DNA from: Bacteroidota bacterium
GTDB lineage: Bacteria; Bacteroidota; Bacteroidia; Chitinophagales; Chitinophagaceae
NCBI GenBank assembly: GCA_947456625.1
Contig: CANGQJ010000006.1
Coordinates: 42,259 to 106,258, forward strand
Length of the DNA: 64,000 nucleotides
Direction of reading: 5' to 3'
Below the pieces are notes generated by a model. That model was given only the letters and a program-made list of their open reading frames with translations. It had not been told where the DNA came from and did no database searches. Shown here in pieces: positions 39,645-48,838 of this stretch. Both the position numbers and the translations under genes were made by a program. Within the stretch, counting starts at the first letter, position 1; each line of letters starts with the position of its first letter.

Positions 39645-41882
39645 ATGAATCAAAAAAATACAAATACGATATTTTGGGAAGATGAAAGAGTAGACGGCGC
39701 AGATAAAGTAACAGGTAAAGCAAAATATACTGCCGAACACAACTTACCAAATTTAGCTTATGCTGTTTTTGTAACAAGTAATATTGCAAAAGGCACAATT
39801 AAAAATATTGACACTAGCAAAGCACTAGCTATGACTGGCGTATTGGATGTCATTTATTATGCCAACTGTCCTGCAGTTCCAGGATACAATCCCAATGCGG
39901 CAGAGCGTCCAAAAAATGTTTCTGAGTGGAGAGGTCATAAAGTTTTATATGACAATAAGGTTCGCTTTTTTGGACAACCTATTGCGCTTGTTGTTGCTGA
40001 TAGTTTTGAAAATGCAAACGCAGCTATACGATTTGTAAAACCTGAATATGAAACCGAAGCTTTTGAAACTAATTTTGATAAAGCACGTTTAAACGTCGCT
40101 AATTTAAAGCCACCAGTGACTTATAAAAGAGGCCCTGAAACGGTTACAAATGTTGCAGCTACGGTTGAGGCAGAATATAATATTCCAATAGAAGTGCACA
40201 ATCCAATGGAGTTACAAGCAACTATTGCTTATTGGGAAGCTGAGGATAAATTATTATTGTACGATAAAACTCAGGGTCCAAAAAGTACACAGGGACTTAT
40301 GGCAAAAACATTTGGACTTCCAGATAAAAATGTAAGAGTTATTGCAGAAAATGTGGGAGGTGCATTTGGTAGTTCATTAAGATCATGGTCCAATGTACCT
40401 GCTGCTTGTATTGCAGCAAAAAAATTAAATAGGCCTGTTAAATTGGTACTTACAAGACCGCAAATGTTTACTTTAATTGGATACCGTCCTCAGTCATGGC
40501 AGAAAGTAAATATTGCCGCAAATGCAGCTGGAGATTTTCTATCCATTAATCATGAAGCCATAAGTAATACTTCACGCTACGAAGATTTTAGAGAAGGTAT
40601 TGTAGATGTTTCAAAATTTTTATACGCAGCAGAAAGTGTAAATACAAAATACAGCATTTTGCCTTTAGACTTAAGCACCCCTATATGGATGCGCGGTCCT
40701 GGCGAAGCAACAGGATGTTTTGCATTAGAATCGGCAATAGACGAATTATCTTATAAATTAAAAATGGATCCTATAGCGTTAAGAATTAAAAACTTTACTA
40801 CCATTAATCCTGAAAATAAATTACCCTTTTCCGACAATAATTTAAAAGCATGTTATGAATATGGCATGACAAAAATTGGTTGGAAAAACAGACCTACTGT
40901 GCCTGGCACACTTAAAGAAAATGGATTGCTTATTGGGTATGGAATGGCAGTGGGTGTATTTGGAGCAGGTAAAGGAACTGCAAGTGTTCGTGCTATTTTA
41001 TCAAGTGATGGAAAATTAGTTTTGGAATGTGCTGTAAGTGATATGGGTCCTGGTACATCCACTTCCATGTCTAAAATTGCTGCAGAAGCAATGCAAATGC
41101 CAATCACTAAAATTAAATTTAAATTAGGTGACTCTGATTTACCTCCTGGCCCTTCACAAGGAGGCTCGGGTACTACATCTACTGTAGGATCTGCAGTGGA
41201 CTTGGCTTGTAAAACTTTACAACAAAAGTTAAAGGATTTAGCAATTCAATTTGCACCCCCATTTAGTGGGGCAACACCTGATACATTAGAAGTAAAAAAT
41301 GAAATAGTATCCTTAAAAACCGATGCCACTAAAAAAATTGAAATTGTTGCTTTATTAAAATTGGCAAATCAAGATAAAATTGATCTAACCATTAACTCTT
41401 CTGGTAAAACACCAGAGCAATTAAAGTTTACAAGTAATTCTTTTTCTGCTCATTTTGTAAAATTGGCAGTGAATCCTAAGGATGGAAAAATAAAAGTTTT
41501 ACAAGTAGTAACTACTGGTGATGCAGGAAAAATTATTAGTCCTAAAACGGCACATAGTCAAATGTTAGGTGGTGTAGTGGGTGGTCTTGGTATGGCATTA
41601 TCGGAAAAATTGGAAATAGATCATACCACAGGACAAATAATGAATGCAAGTTTTGGCGCCTACCATGTTCCTTTGCATTCACAAATTCCAAACATAGATG
41701 CATGGTTTGTAAATAAGCCAGACATGAACGTTAATGATATTGGTGCAAAAGGAATAGGAGAGATAGCACTTATAGGGTTTGCTGGAGCTATTGCCAATGC
41801 AGTGTATAATGCAACCGGTAAGCGCGTTAGAGACCTGCCAATAACACCCGAGAAACTTGGTTTTAAGTCTGTTAAAGCATAA
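39645..41882 (+). CDS. Molybdopterin-binding large subunit of a xanthine-oxidase-family enzyme (PaoC/YagR-like)
   Basis: KVTGKAKY, HNPME, VGGAFG, MRGPG, DMGPG, GGS and AKGIGE (catalytic Glu). Confidence 0.92.
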   Translation: MNQKNTNTIFWEDERVDGADKVTGKAKYTAEHNLPNLAYAVFVTSNIAKGTIKNIDTSKALAMTGVLDVIYYANCPAVPGYNPNAAERPKNVSEWRGHKVLYDNKVRFFGQPIALVVADSFENANAAIRFVKPEYETEAFETNFDKARLNVANLKPPVTYKRGPETVTNVAATVEAEYNIPIEVHNPMELQATIAYWEAEDKLLLYDKTQGPKSTQGLMAKTFGLPDKNVRVIAENVGGAFGSSLRSWSNVPAACIAAKKLNRPVKLVLTRPQMFTLIGYRPQSWQKVNIAANAAGDFLSINHEAISNTSRYEDFREGIVDVSKFLYAAESVNTKYSILPLDLSTPIWMRGPGEATGCFALESAIDELSYKLKMDPIALRIKNFTTINPENKLPFSDNNLKACYEYGMTKIGWKNRPTVPGTLKENGLLIGYGMAVGVFGAGKGTASVRAILSSDGKLVLECAVSDMGPGTSTSMSKIAAEAMQMPITKIKFKLGDSDLPPGPSQGGSGTTSTVGSAVDLACKTLQQKLKDLAIQFAPPFSGATPDTLEVKNEIVSLKTDATKKIEIVALLKLANQDKIDLTINSSGKTPEQLKFTSNSFSAHFVKLAVNPKDGKIKVLQVVTTGDAGKIISPKTAHSQMLGGVVGGLGMALSEKLEIDHTTGQIMNASFGAYHVPLHSQIPNIDAWFVNKPDMNVNDIGAKGIGEIALIGFAGAIANAVYNATGKRVRDLPITPEKLGFKSVKA

Positions 41883-41887
41883 CTCCA

Positions 41888-43663
41888 TTAAATTTTATAA
41901 CCGTCATCGGCAACTAATTGGGCGCATATTCTGCGGCGAGCCTCTTTGGTATTAAATGGTGCAACCTTTGTAAAACGTTTTAAGCCAATAAGCATCATAG
42001 TAAGTTCGTCCCCTTCTGCAAAACTATTTAAAGCATCCTTACCTGCTTTGTTAATTGCATCGGCTGCATCATAAATATAAGTACGAACAATATCGGCTTG
42101 AACTGCTGTAGCAGCTTCGCCTTTTAAAGTAGATAACTTTTCTAGACGCAATAATGCCGACTCGGCGTGGTAAGCAATAATAGACATATCTGCAATGTTC
42201 ATTAAAATTTCTTGCTCCTTATTTAAAGTCATCATTAACTTTTGAACTGCAGCACCAGCCACCATTAAAATACATTTCTTAAAATTAGCAATATATTTTT
42301 TTTCTTTCGCAAAAGCACCTTCATCATCACTTCCAAAATCGGGAATACTCATTAGTTCTTGTTGCACACTCATTGCTGGTCCCATTAAATCTAACTTGCC
42401 TTTCATGGCACGTTTTAAAACCATGTCCACGGTAAGTAGTCTATTAATTTCATTAGTGCCTTCGTAAATTCTATTAATACGACTATCGCGATATGCTTTT
42501 GAAATACTATACTCATCACTGTATCCATTACCACCATGCACTTGCACGCCTTCGTCAACTACGTAGTCTAATACTTCAGAGCCAAACACTTTTAATATTG
42601 CACACTCAATTGCATATTCTTCGGCAGCGCCTAATAAACTTTCAGATAAATTTTTTCCTGCTGCTGCAAGTTCGGCTTCCATTTCATCAATGTTACGAGA
42701 TACACGGTATAGTGCAGTTTCGCCCACCCACATACGAATTGCCATCTCTGCTAATTTATGCCTAATAGCGCCAAACTTTACAATTGGCAATTTAAATTGC
42801 TCTCTTGTTTTAGCGTATTGAACTGTGGTAGTAATGGCTCTTCTTGCACCTCCAAGTGTAGCAGCGCCTAATTTTAAACGACCAATATTTAAAACATTAA
42901 ACGCAATTAAATGTCCTTTGCCAATTTCGCCTAATACATTTTCAACGGGTACTTTACAATCTTGAAAATACAATTGCACCGTACTAGAACCTTTAATTCC
43001 CATTTTATGTTCCTCAGGTCCTTGTGTAAATCCTTCCATGCCTCTTTCTAAAATAAAGCCTGTAAATTGTTCGCCATCAATTTTTGCAAACACAGTATAT
43101 ACATCGGCAAAACCTCCGTTGGTGATCCAACATTTTTGTCCATTTAATATGTAGTGTTTTCCGTCGGCCGATAATTTTGCAGTTGTCTTTGCACCTAATG
43201 CATCGGAACCGCTATTAGGTTCGGTTAAGCCATAAGCGCCTTTCCATTCCCCACTAGCAAGTTTTGGAACATATTTTGCTCGCTGTGCTTCGGTACCAAA
43301 ATACAAAATAGGCAAAGTGCCAATTCCCGTATGTGCAGCGTTGGCAACAGAAAATGAATAACCTCCTCCTAAATATTCTGCTACAATTGTGGCTGTAACA
43401 AAATCCTTACCTAATCCTCCATATTGTTCAGGTACGGTAATGCCTAAAAGTCCCTGCTCGCCTGCTTTTACAAGTAGGGAAGGCATTAAGCCTGGCTCTA
43501 GCTTATCAATGCGATCTGCTACAGGTAACACTTCGGTGTCTACAAATTGGTCGCACATATCACGCACCATTATTTGTTCTTCGTTAAATTCTTCAGGAAT
43601 GAAAACATCGGACGCTTGCACTTCTTTGATAATCCATTCTCCTCCGTGAATTGTAGTTCCCAT
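41888..43663 (-). CDS. Acyl-CoA dehydrogenase (long FadE type)
   Basis: LTEPNSGSDA, KCWITN, REQF, HGGNGY and RIYEGTNEI. Confidence 0.95.
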   Translation of the reverse strand: MGTTIHGGEWIIKEVQASDVFIPEEFNEEQIMVRDMCDQFVDTEVLPVADRIDKLEPGLMPSLLVKAGEQGLLGITVPEQYGGLGKDFVTATIVAEYLGGGYSFSVANAAHTGIGTLPILYFGTEAQRAKYVPKLASGEWKGAYGLTEPNSGSDALGAKTTAKLSADGKHYILNGQKCWITNGGFADVYTVFAKIDGEQFTGFILERGMEGFTQGPEEHKMGIKGSSTVQLYFQDCKVPVENVLGEIGKGHLIAFNVLNIGRLKLGAATLGGARRAITTTVQYAKTREQFKLPIVKFGAIRHKLAEMAIRMWVGETALYRVSRNIDEMEAELAAAGKNLSESLLGAAEEYAIECAILKVFGSEVLDYVVDEGVQVHGGNGYSDEYSISKAYRDSRINRIYEGTNEINRLLTVDMVLKRAMKGKLDLMGPAMSVQQELMSIPDFGSDDEGAFAKEKKYIANFKKCILMVAGAAVQKLMMTLNKEQEILMNIADMSIIAYHAESALLRLEKLSTLKGEAATAVQADIVRTYIYDAADAINKAGKDALNSFAEGDELTMMLIGLKRFTKVAPFNTKEARRRICAQLVADDGYKI

Positions 43664-43715
43664 AAAATATTATTTATAATTAGTAGAATATTGTTTTCTG
43701 AATTTTACAAATGTT

Positions 43716-44171
43716 TTAAATTAAATCGGGGTGTGTTAAATTATCATACACCCTTTGTAAAACATTTTTAACCACTTCAATTTCATCTTTGCTAATATTT
43801 TGCAAAGCCTCATTCATTGTTTGATTGGCTAAATCGTATGTGATTTGTTGTAATGGTTTTGCAGCATCCATTAAACATACTTTATTAATACGTCTATCGG
43901 TGTTGCTTGCTACACGTGTAACTAGTCCTTGTTTTTCTAAGTTGTCAATTAAACGCGTGATACTAGCTTTGTCTCTAAAAGTGCGCGTTCCTAATTCTTG
44001 TTGACTTAGTTCGTCCTCTTTCCATAAATGGTATAAAACGGACCACTGTTCAATGGTAATTTCAAGCCCAGCATTACGGAAGTTTTTTTGAAGCCTACGG
44101 GCAACAGCAGTAGTGGCCATGCCATTAATAACGCTGTATAATTCCCCTCTTTTAAATTGGTTGTTTGACAT
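43716..44171 (-). CDS. MarR family transcriptional regulator
   Basis: ITIEQW, SQQEL, DKASITRLIDNLEK and DRR wing. Confidence 0.93.
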   Translation of the reverse strand: MSNNQFKRGELYSVINGMATTAVARRLQKNFRNAGLEITIEQWSVLYHLWKEDELSQQELGTRTFRDKASITRLIDNLEKQGLVTRVASNTDRRINKVCLMDAAKPLQQITYDLANQTMNEALQNISKDEIEVVKNVLQRVYDNLTHPDLI

Positions 44172-44175
44172 ATAG

Positions 44176-44201
44176 TTAGTTATGCAACTAATTCAAAAGT
44201 A
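44176..44201 (-). promoter_or_regulatory. marR promoter -7 (TACTTTTG, 44201-44194) and downstream palindromic operator TTAGTT-N4-AACTAA (44176-44191)
   Basis: Inverted repeat lies between the -7 element and the start codon, as expected for MarR autorepression. Confidence 0.65.
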
Positions 44202-44285
44202 CGATGAAAATAGGGATTTGGCCTAAAAAAACGAAAAATTTTGGGATTGATACGCTACTTCTGCTAAGTCCTTGAATTTGAAGTG

Positions 44286-45443
44286 CTAATCCAAACTCCG
44301 CCTACGAATTTTTATTTGAATGCCGTTTTCAATTGGCTGGTCACTTACAATAATAAGATAACCACCACCGCCTGCTCCCGATAATTTATAGCCCAAACCT
44401 TTTTGTTGGATACTGTCTATCACTTTGGCGGTGGCACTGTCAAGCATATTGGGGAACATGGCAATTTGTGCATGAAAAGAGGCAAGAAAATATTTACCAA
44501 ACAGCTGAATGTCTTTGGCTAAAATTGCATTCCAACATTGCTCCGTAGCATTTGCCAATGCTTTTGCACCGGCTAAATCAATATTGGTGTTTTCTAATAC
44601 ATTATAATTGCTTTGTCTTGGATCAAGTGGAATTAAATAAAGCGAAGACTCTAACCAACTTAAAATTAATTCATCTTCAATTTTATTTATTTTATCTGGC
44701 CAATAATTGCCGCCACTATAGTCTAATTTATTTAACCCAGGCATTACAATGCCTATTGCATCTTGTGAACCTGCAACTTCTTTAGTGCCTGGAGGATTTT
44801 CGTAACTAAATAAAACCTTACTTAATAATTCGGGGTCGCCATCGGGGATTTTTGATTTCCATAATTCAATGGCTTTATTTCTGGTACTACTAGACATCCC
44901 ACTACGGTGATTAAATTCAATAGTGGGCTCAATGGAAATAGTAATAACAGCACCAGCATGATGCTCATTTACAAAAGGCTGGTCAAGCCAACCTCCTGCA
45001 AGATCTATTCTAAAAGGTATAATGGAATTGGTTCTTAAACTAGTGGTACTTCGGGTTGGTAAACCAGCAGTTGGAATGCGTTCAAGTACAATGTATTCCA
45101 TGTTTTTATCTGAACAAAGTTTTGCTTTAGAAGGCGTATTTCCATCCTCATTCACTATAAATATATCTGGATTAATTTCATTTAACTCTGACTCAAAATC
45201 TAAAATACCCGAACCCTTATTTATTTTACAAGTATGCACACAGCGCAGTGCCTGTATCATGTATTGTCTTTCCTGTTGGGTGATAATGGGGTAGCGTCCT
45301 TTTAAATCGTAAACCGTTTTGTCGGATCCAATACAAACATATAAATCGCCATAACTTGCCGCTGTTTCTAAAAATGCAATATGTCCGCTGTGCAATAAAT
45401 CAAAACAGCCACTCACAAATACTTTTTTTTGAACTAGATTCAT
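44286..45443 (-). CDS. Fusion: cytidylyltransferase-like (HIGH) domain + GHMP sugar kinase
   Basis: N-terminal SGCFDLLHSGH; C-terminal PFRIDLAGGWLD, SGMSSS, GSQD and KLSGAGGGG. ATG at 45443 preferred because a TAGTTTTG -7 element overlaps the TTG at 45452. Confidence 0.8.
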   Translation of the reverse strand: MNLVQKKVFVSGCFDLLHSGHIAFLETAASYGDLYVCIGSDKTVYDLKGRYPIITQQERQYMIQALRCVHTCKINKGSGILDFESELNEINPDIFIVNEDGNTPSKAKLCSDKNMEYIVLERIPTAGLPTRSTTSLRTNSIIPFRIDLAGGWLDQPFVNEHHAGAVITISIEPTIEFNHRSGMSSSTRNKAIELWKSKIPDGDPELLSKVLFSYENPPGTKEVAGSQDAIGIVMPGLNKLDYSGGNYWPDKINKIEDELILSWLESSLYLIPLDPRQSNYNVLENTNIDLAGAKALANATEQCWNAILAKDIQLFGKYFLASFHAQIAMFPNMLDSATAKVIDSIQQKGLGYKLSGAGGGGYLIIVSDQPIENGIQIKIRRRSLD

Positions 45444-45499
45444 ATTATTCAAAACTACGAAATTAATAATTACTTTAAAGGCTAGTAAATAAAGGAATA

Positions 45500-46246
45500 T
45501 TATAAAGCCCTATCCAAATGTACATATCCGCCATCCACGTGAACCAGTTGTCCTGTGGTATGACTTGAAACTTCTGATAATAAAAAACTAACTGTTTGTG
45601 CTATTTCTTTTGGGGTTGTGAATCTTTGGCCAAGCGGAATTTTGGATTGTATTGATTTCAATTTCTCTGATGGATTTTCTTGTTTTTGAATCCACTTTTC
45701 ATACATTGGTGTAAAACATTCTGCAACTATAACTGAGTTTACTCTTATACCATATTTTAATAATTCAACTGCCCACTCTCTAGTTAATGCATTACGTCCA
45801 CCATTAGCTGCTGCATATGCCGAAGTGCCACCTTGGCCAGTCTCCGCTGTTTTTGAACTTACATTTACAATATTTCCTTTGCTTTTAATTAAATGAGGTA
45901 ATGCAAAGTGAGCTAAGACGTAATAGTGCACTAAATTGGTCTGTAAACTTTTCATGAATGCCTCATAATTTCCATTTTCAAAATTAACCGTATCATTAAA
46001 ACCTGCATTATTCACAAGTCCATCAATACGCCCATGTTTAGCAACAATTGCATTGATTGCATTTTGACATGCATTAGGATTTACTAACTCTGTAAATACA
46101 AAACATAAATCTTTGTTTTTGGGTTCTGCAATATCTATGATCACAGGAATTGCACCTTCCTCTAATAAACTATTTACAATTCCTTCTCCAATACCACTAG
46201 ATCCTCCACTAACAATAATTACTTTGTTATTTAATTTTAAGTCCAT
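45500..46246 (-). CDS. SDR oxidoreductase, L-fucose dehydrogenase-like
   Basis: NNAGFND, YAAAN variant active-site motif, TREWA, DGGYVHLDRAL; clustered with lactonase/FAH genes. Confidence 0.8.
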   Translation of the reverse strand: MDLKLNNKVIIVSGGSSGIGEGIVNSLLEEGAIPVIIDIAEPKNKDLCFVFTELVNPNACQNAINAIVAKHGRIDGLVNNAGFNDTVNFENGNYEAFMKSLQTNLVHYYVLAHFALPHLIKSKGNIVNVSSKTAETGQGGTSAYAAANGGRNALTREWAVELLKYGIRVNSVIVAECFTPMYEKWIQKQENPSEKLKSIQSKIPLGQRFTTPKEIAQTVSFLLSEVSSHTTGQLVHVDGGYVHLDRAL

Positions 46247-46258
46247 TGTTTAAATAAT

Positions 46259-47095
46259 TTAATTGATTGTATTTAATTTATAAAACTTAGTGCAATTGCC
46301 ACTAAAAAACTTTTCTTGTGTTGAAATAGTATATTTGGAAAAGTATGTTTTTAAAAAAGTTAACCAGCGTTCATAGCTTGTAGCAAGTAGGCATACCGGC
46401 CAATCGGAACCAAACATGATTCTATCAAATCCAAAATATTCAACAATAATGTCTAAGTAAGGAACCATATCGGCTTCTTTCCAGCTTTCCCAGTTTGCTT
46501 CCGTTGCTAGTCCACTAATTTTGCAACTTAGATTTTCAAACTGGGCAATTGCTTTTATTTGGTTTTCCCATGCTACTATATTATCACCTATTTTGGGTTT
46601 AGCCATATGATTTAGTACAATAGGCAAGTTTGGAACTTTTTTTAAAAGTGCTGTGGCCTCAATGATTTGATTATTATAAATTAATAAGTCGTAAGTATAT
46701 CCATTATTAGCCAATAAGTTTAAATTTTCAATAAATCTCGGTTGTAACATAAAACCTTCTGGAGCTCCTTGTAAAACATATCTAAAGCCTTTTACAATTT
46801 TAGCATGCTGGTAATTTTCAATCTCATCTTGGATATATTCATCAAATAAATCTATCCATCCAACAACGCCTTTTATAAATGAATTTGATTCTGCACATGC
46901 TATTTGAAACAATGTTTCCTCTTTTGTCTGATCTACTTGTACCGAAACACAAGAAGACACTTTATTTGCTTCAAATATTTGTTGAAGCTCATTTGGTAAA
47001 AAATCACGTTGAATTAATTTCATTTCATTATTAATCCAACTGTGATTTACCGGATGATATTTCCAAAAGTGCTGATGTGCGTCAACTATTTCCAT
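46259..47095 (-). CDS. Amidohydrolase, L-fucono-1,5-lactonase-like
   Basis: DAHQHFW, VVGW, KISGL and MFGSDWPV; ATG at 47095 (ORF track 47119). Confidence 0.85.
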   Translation of the reverse strand: MEIVDAHQHFWKYHPVNHSWINNEMKLIQRDFLPNELQQIFEANKVSSCVSVQVDQTKEETLFQIACAESNSFIKGVVGWIDLFDEYIQDEIENYQHAKIVKGFRYVLQGAPEGFMLQPRFIENLNLLANNGYTYDLLIYNNQIIEATALLKKVPNLPIVLNHMAKPKIGDNIVAWENQIKAIAQFENLSCKISGLATEANWESWKEADMVPYLDIIVEYFGFDRIMFGSDWPVCLLATSYERWLTFLKTYFSKYTISTQEKFFSGNCTKFYKLNTIN

Positions 47096-47096
47096 C

Positions 47097-47951
47097 TTAA
47101 CTATTACTTTGGTAAGCATTTACTGTTTGCTTACTTGTTCCCAAACCGTCAATTCCTAATTCAACGATATCACCTGGTTTCAAATATATATTAGGAGAAA
47201 ATCCTAATCCAACACCAGCTGGGGTTCCAGTACTTATTACGTCACCAGGAAGTAATGTCATAAACTGGCTGCAATACGAAATAAGTTGAGGTATATTAAA
47301 AATTAAGTCGTCTGTATTCCCGTCTTGCATTATTTTACCATTTAAACTTAACCATAACCTTAATTTATGTGGATCCTTTATTTCATCCTTGGTGACCAAC
47401 CATGGTCCTAGAGGCGCAAAGCTATCACAGCCTTTCCCTTTGTCCCAGGTTCCGCCTCTTTCTAATTGGAAAGCTCTTTCACTTACATCGTTGTGTAATA
47501 CGTATCCTACAACATAATCCATTGCATCTGCTTCGGAGACATAGGATGCTTTTTTGCCAATTACAATAGCAAGTTCAACCTCCCAGTCGGTTTTTTCTGA
47601 CCCTTTTGGAATAATTATTGGATCATATGGACCACTTAAGGAAGTAGTTGATTTCATAAATAAGATTGGTTCAGCTGGTATTGGGGCATTGGTTTCTTTT
47701 GCATGTTTTGCATAGTTTAAACCAATACATAATATTTTAGAAGGTCTGGCAATAGGAGATCCAATGCGCATATTACTTGAAACAACTGGCAAATTATTTT
47801 CTTTTACTATTTTTTCTAAATCTTGAATTGAATTTTTTGAAAAATATGCTTCGTCAAAATCATGAATATGCGCACTCAAGTCATAGTTAACTCCGTTTTT
47901 ATGAATTCCTGGTTTTTCAAAACCATTTTCGCCAAATCTTATAAGTTTCAT
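47097..47951 (-). CDS. Fumarylacetoacetate hydrolase family protein (2,4-diketo-3-deoxy-L-fuconate hydrolase-like)
   Basis: CIGLNY, DWEVEL, NDVSER, KGK and GDVISTGTPAGVG. Confidence 0.9.
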   Translation of the reverse strand: MKLIRFGENGFEKPGIHKNGVNYDLSAHIHDFDEAYFSKNSIQDLEKIVKENNLPVVSSNMRIGSPIARPSKILCIGLNYAKHAKETNAPIPAEPILFMKSTTSLSGPYDPIIIPKGSEKTDWEVELAIVIGKKASYVSEADAMDYVVGYVLHNDVSERAFQLERGGTWDKGKGCDSFAPLGPWLVTKDEIKDPHKLRLWLSLNGKIMQDGNTDDLIFNIPQLISYCSQFMTLLPGDVISTGTPAGVGLGFSPNIYLKPGDIVELGIDGLGTSKQTVNAYQSNS

Positions 47952-47961
47952 GTTTATTTAT

Positions 47962-48726
47962 TTAAGTATTTAATGTTACAAATCCACCATCAATGGCATA
48001 ATCACTTCCTGTTATAAAATTCGCTTCTTCACTGCATAAATACAGAACTTGTTGTGCAATTTCTTTTGGGTTACCCATTCTTCCGATTGGCTGTGTTTTA
48101 GAAAGTTTTTCAAACATCTCCTTTTCTTGACCTGGATAATTTTTTTGTAAAAACCCATCTACGAAAGGAGTGTGCACCCTGGCAGGTGAAATGCTATTAC
48201 ACCTTATGTTTTCTTTTAAGTAATCCTTTGCTACACTTAATGTCATTGCATGAACTGCACCTTTACTCATGCTATAAGCAAACCTATCAGCTAAACCAAC
48301 TTTTGCTGCAATTGAACTTATATTTATAATTACGCCACTTCCGTTTTTTTGCATCCAAGGGATGCCTGCCTGCAAACAATGGTAAACACCTTTTACATTT
48401 ACATCAAACACTTTTTCAAAATCAACTTGGGTTGTGTTTAAAGCATTTCCAATGTGTGAGATGCCTGCGCAGTTAACTAAAATATCAATCGCGCCAATTT
48501 TATTAAATACATTAACAACCTGGGATTGATTGCTTACATTTATTTCATGTGCTGATGCTTTGCCACCATCTTCTAAAATTTCATTAACAGTATTTAAGGC
48601 TTGCTCGCTGTTTAAATCTAAAACATGCACAAATGCATTTTGCTTTGCAAGTATTAGACATACCGCTTTTCCAATTCCGCTTCCGCCACCAGTAACTACA
48701 GCGGTTTTATTAATTAAGTTAAACAT
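47962..48726 (-). CDS. SDR oxidoreductase, 2-keto-3-deoxy-L-fuconate dehydrogenase-like
   Basis: TGGGSGIG, DRFAYSMSKGA and PARVHTPFVD. Confidence 0.82.
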   Translation of the reverse strand: MFNLINKTAVVTGGGSGIGKAVCLILAKQNAFVHVLDLNSEQALNTVNEILEDGGKASAHEINVSNQSQVVNVFNKIGAIDILVNCAGISHIGNALNTTQVDFEKVFDVNVKGVYHCLQAGIPWMQKNGSGVIINISSIAAKVGLADRFAYSMSKGAVHAMTLSVAKDYLKENIRCNSISPARVHTPFVDGFLQKNYPGQEKEMFEKLSKTQPIGRMGNPKEIAQQVLYLCSEEANFITGSDYAIDGGFVTLNT

Positions 48727-48838
48727 GATTTAGGATTATTATTTTAGCAATCGCATGCTTCTACAAATTATAAAAAATCTCCTAAAATAACTCAATTAAC
48801 AACCCAACAATCCTTAAAAAACCAGTTAACTTTACATA

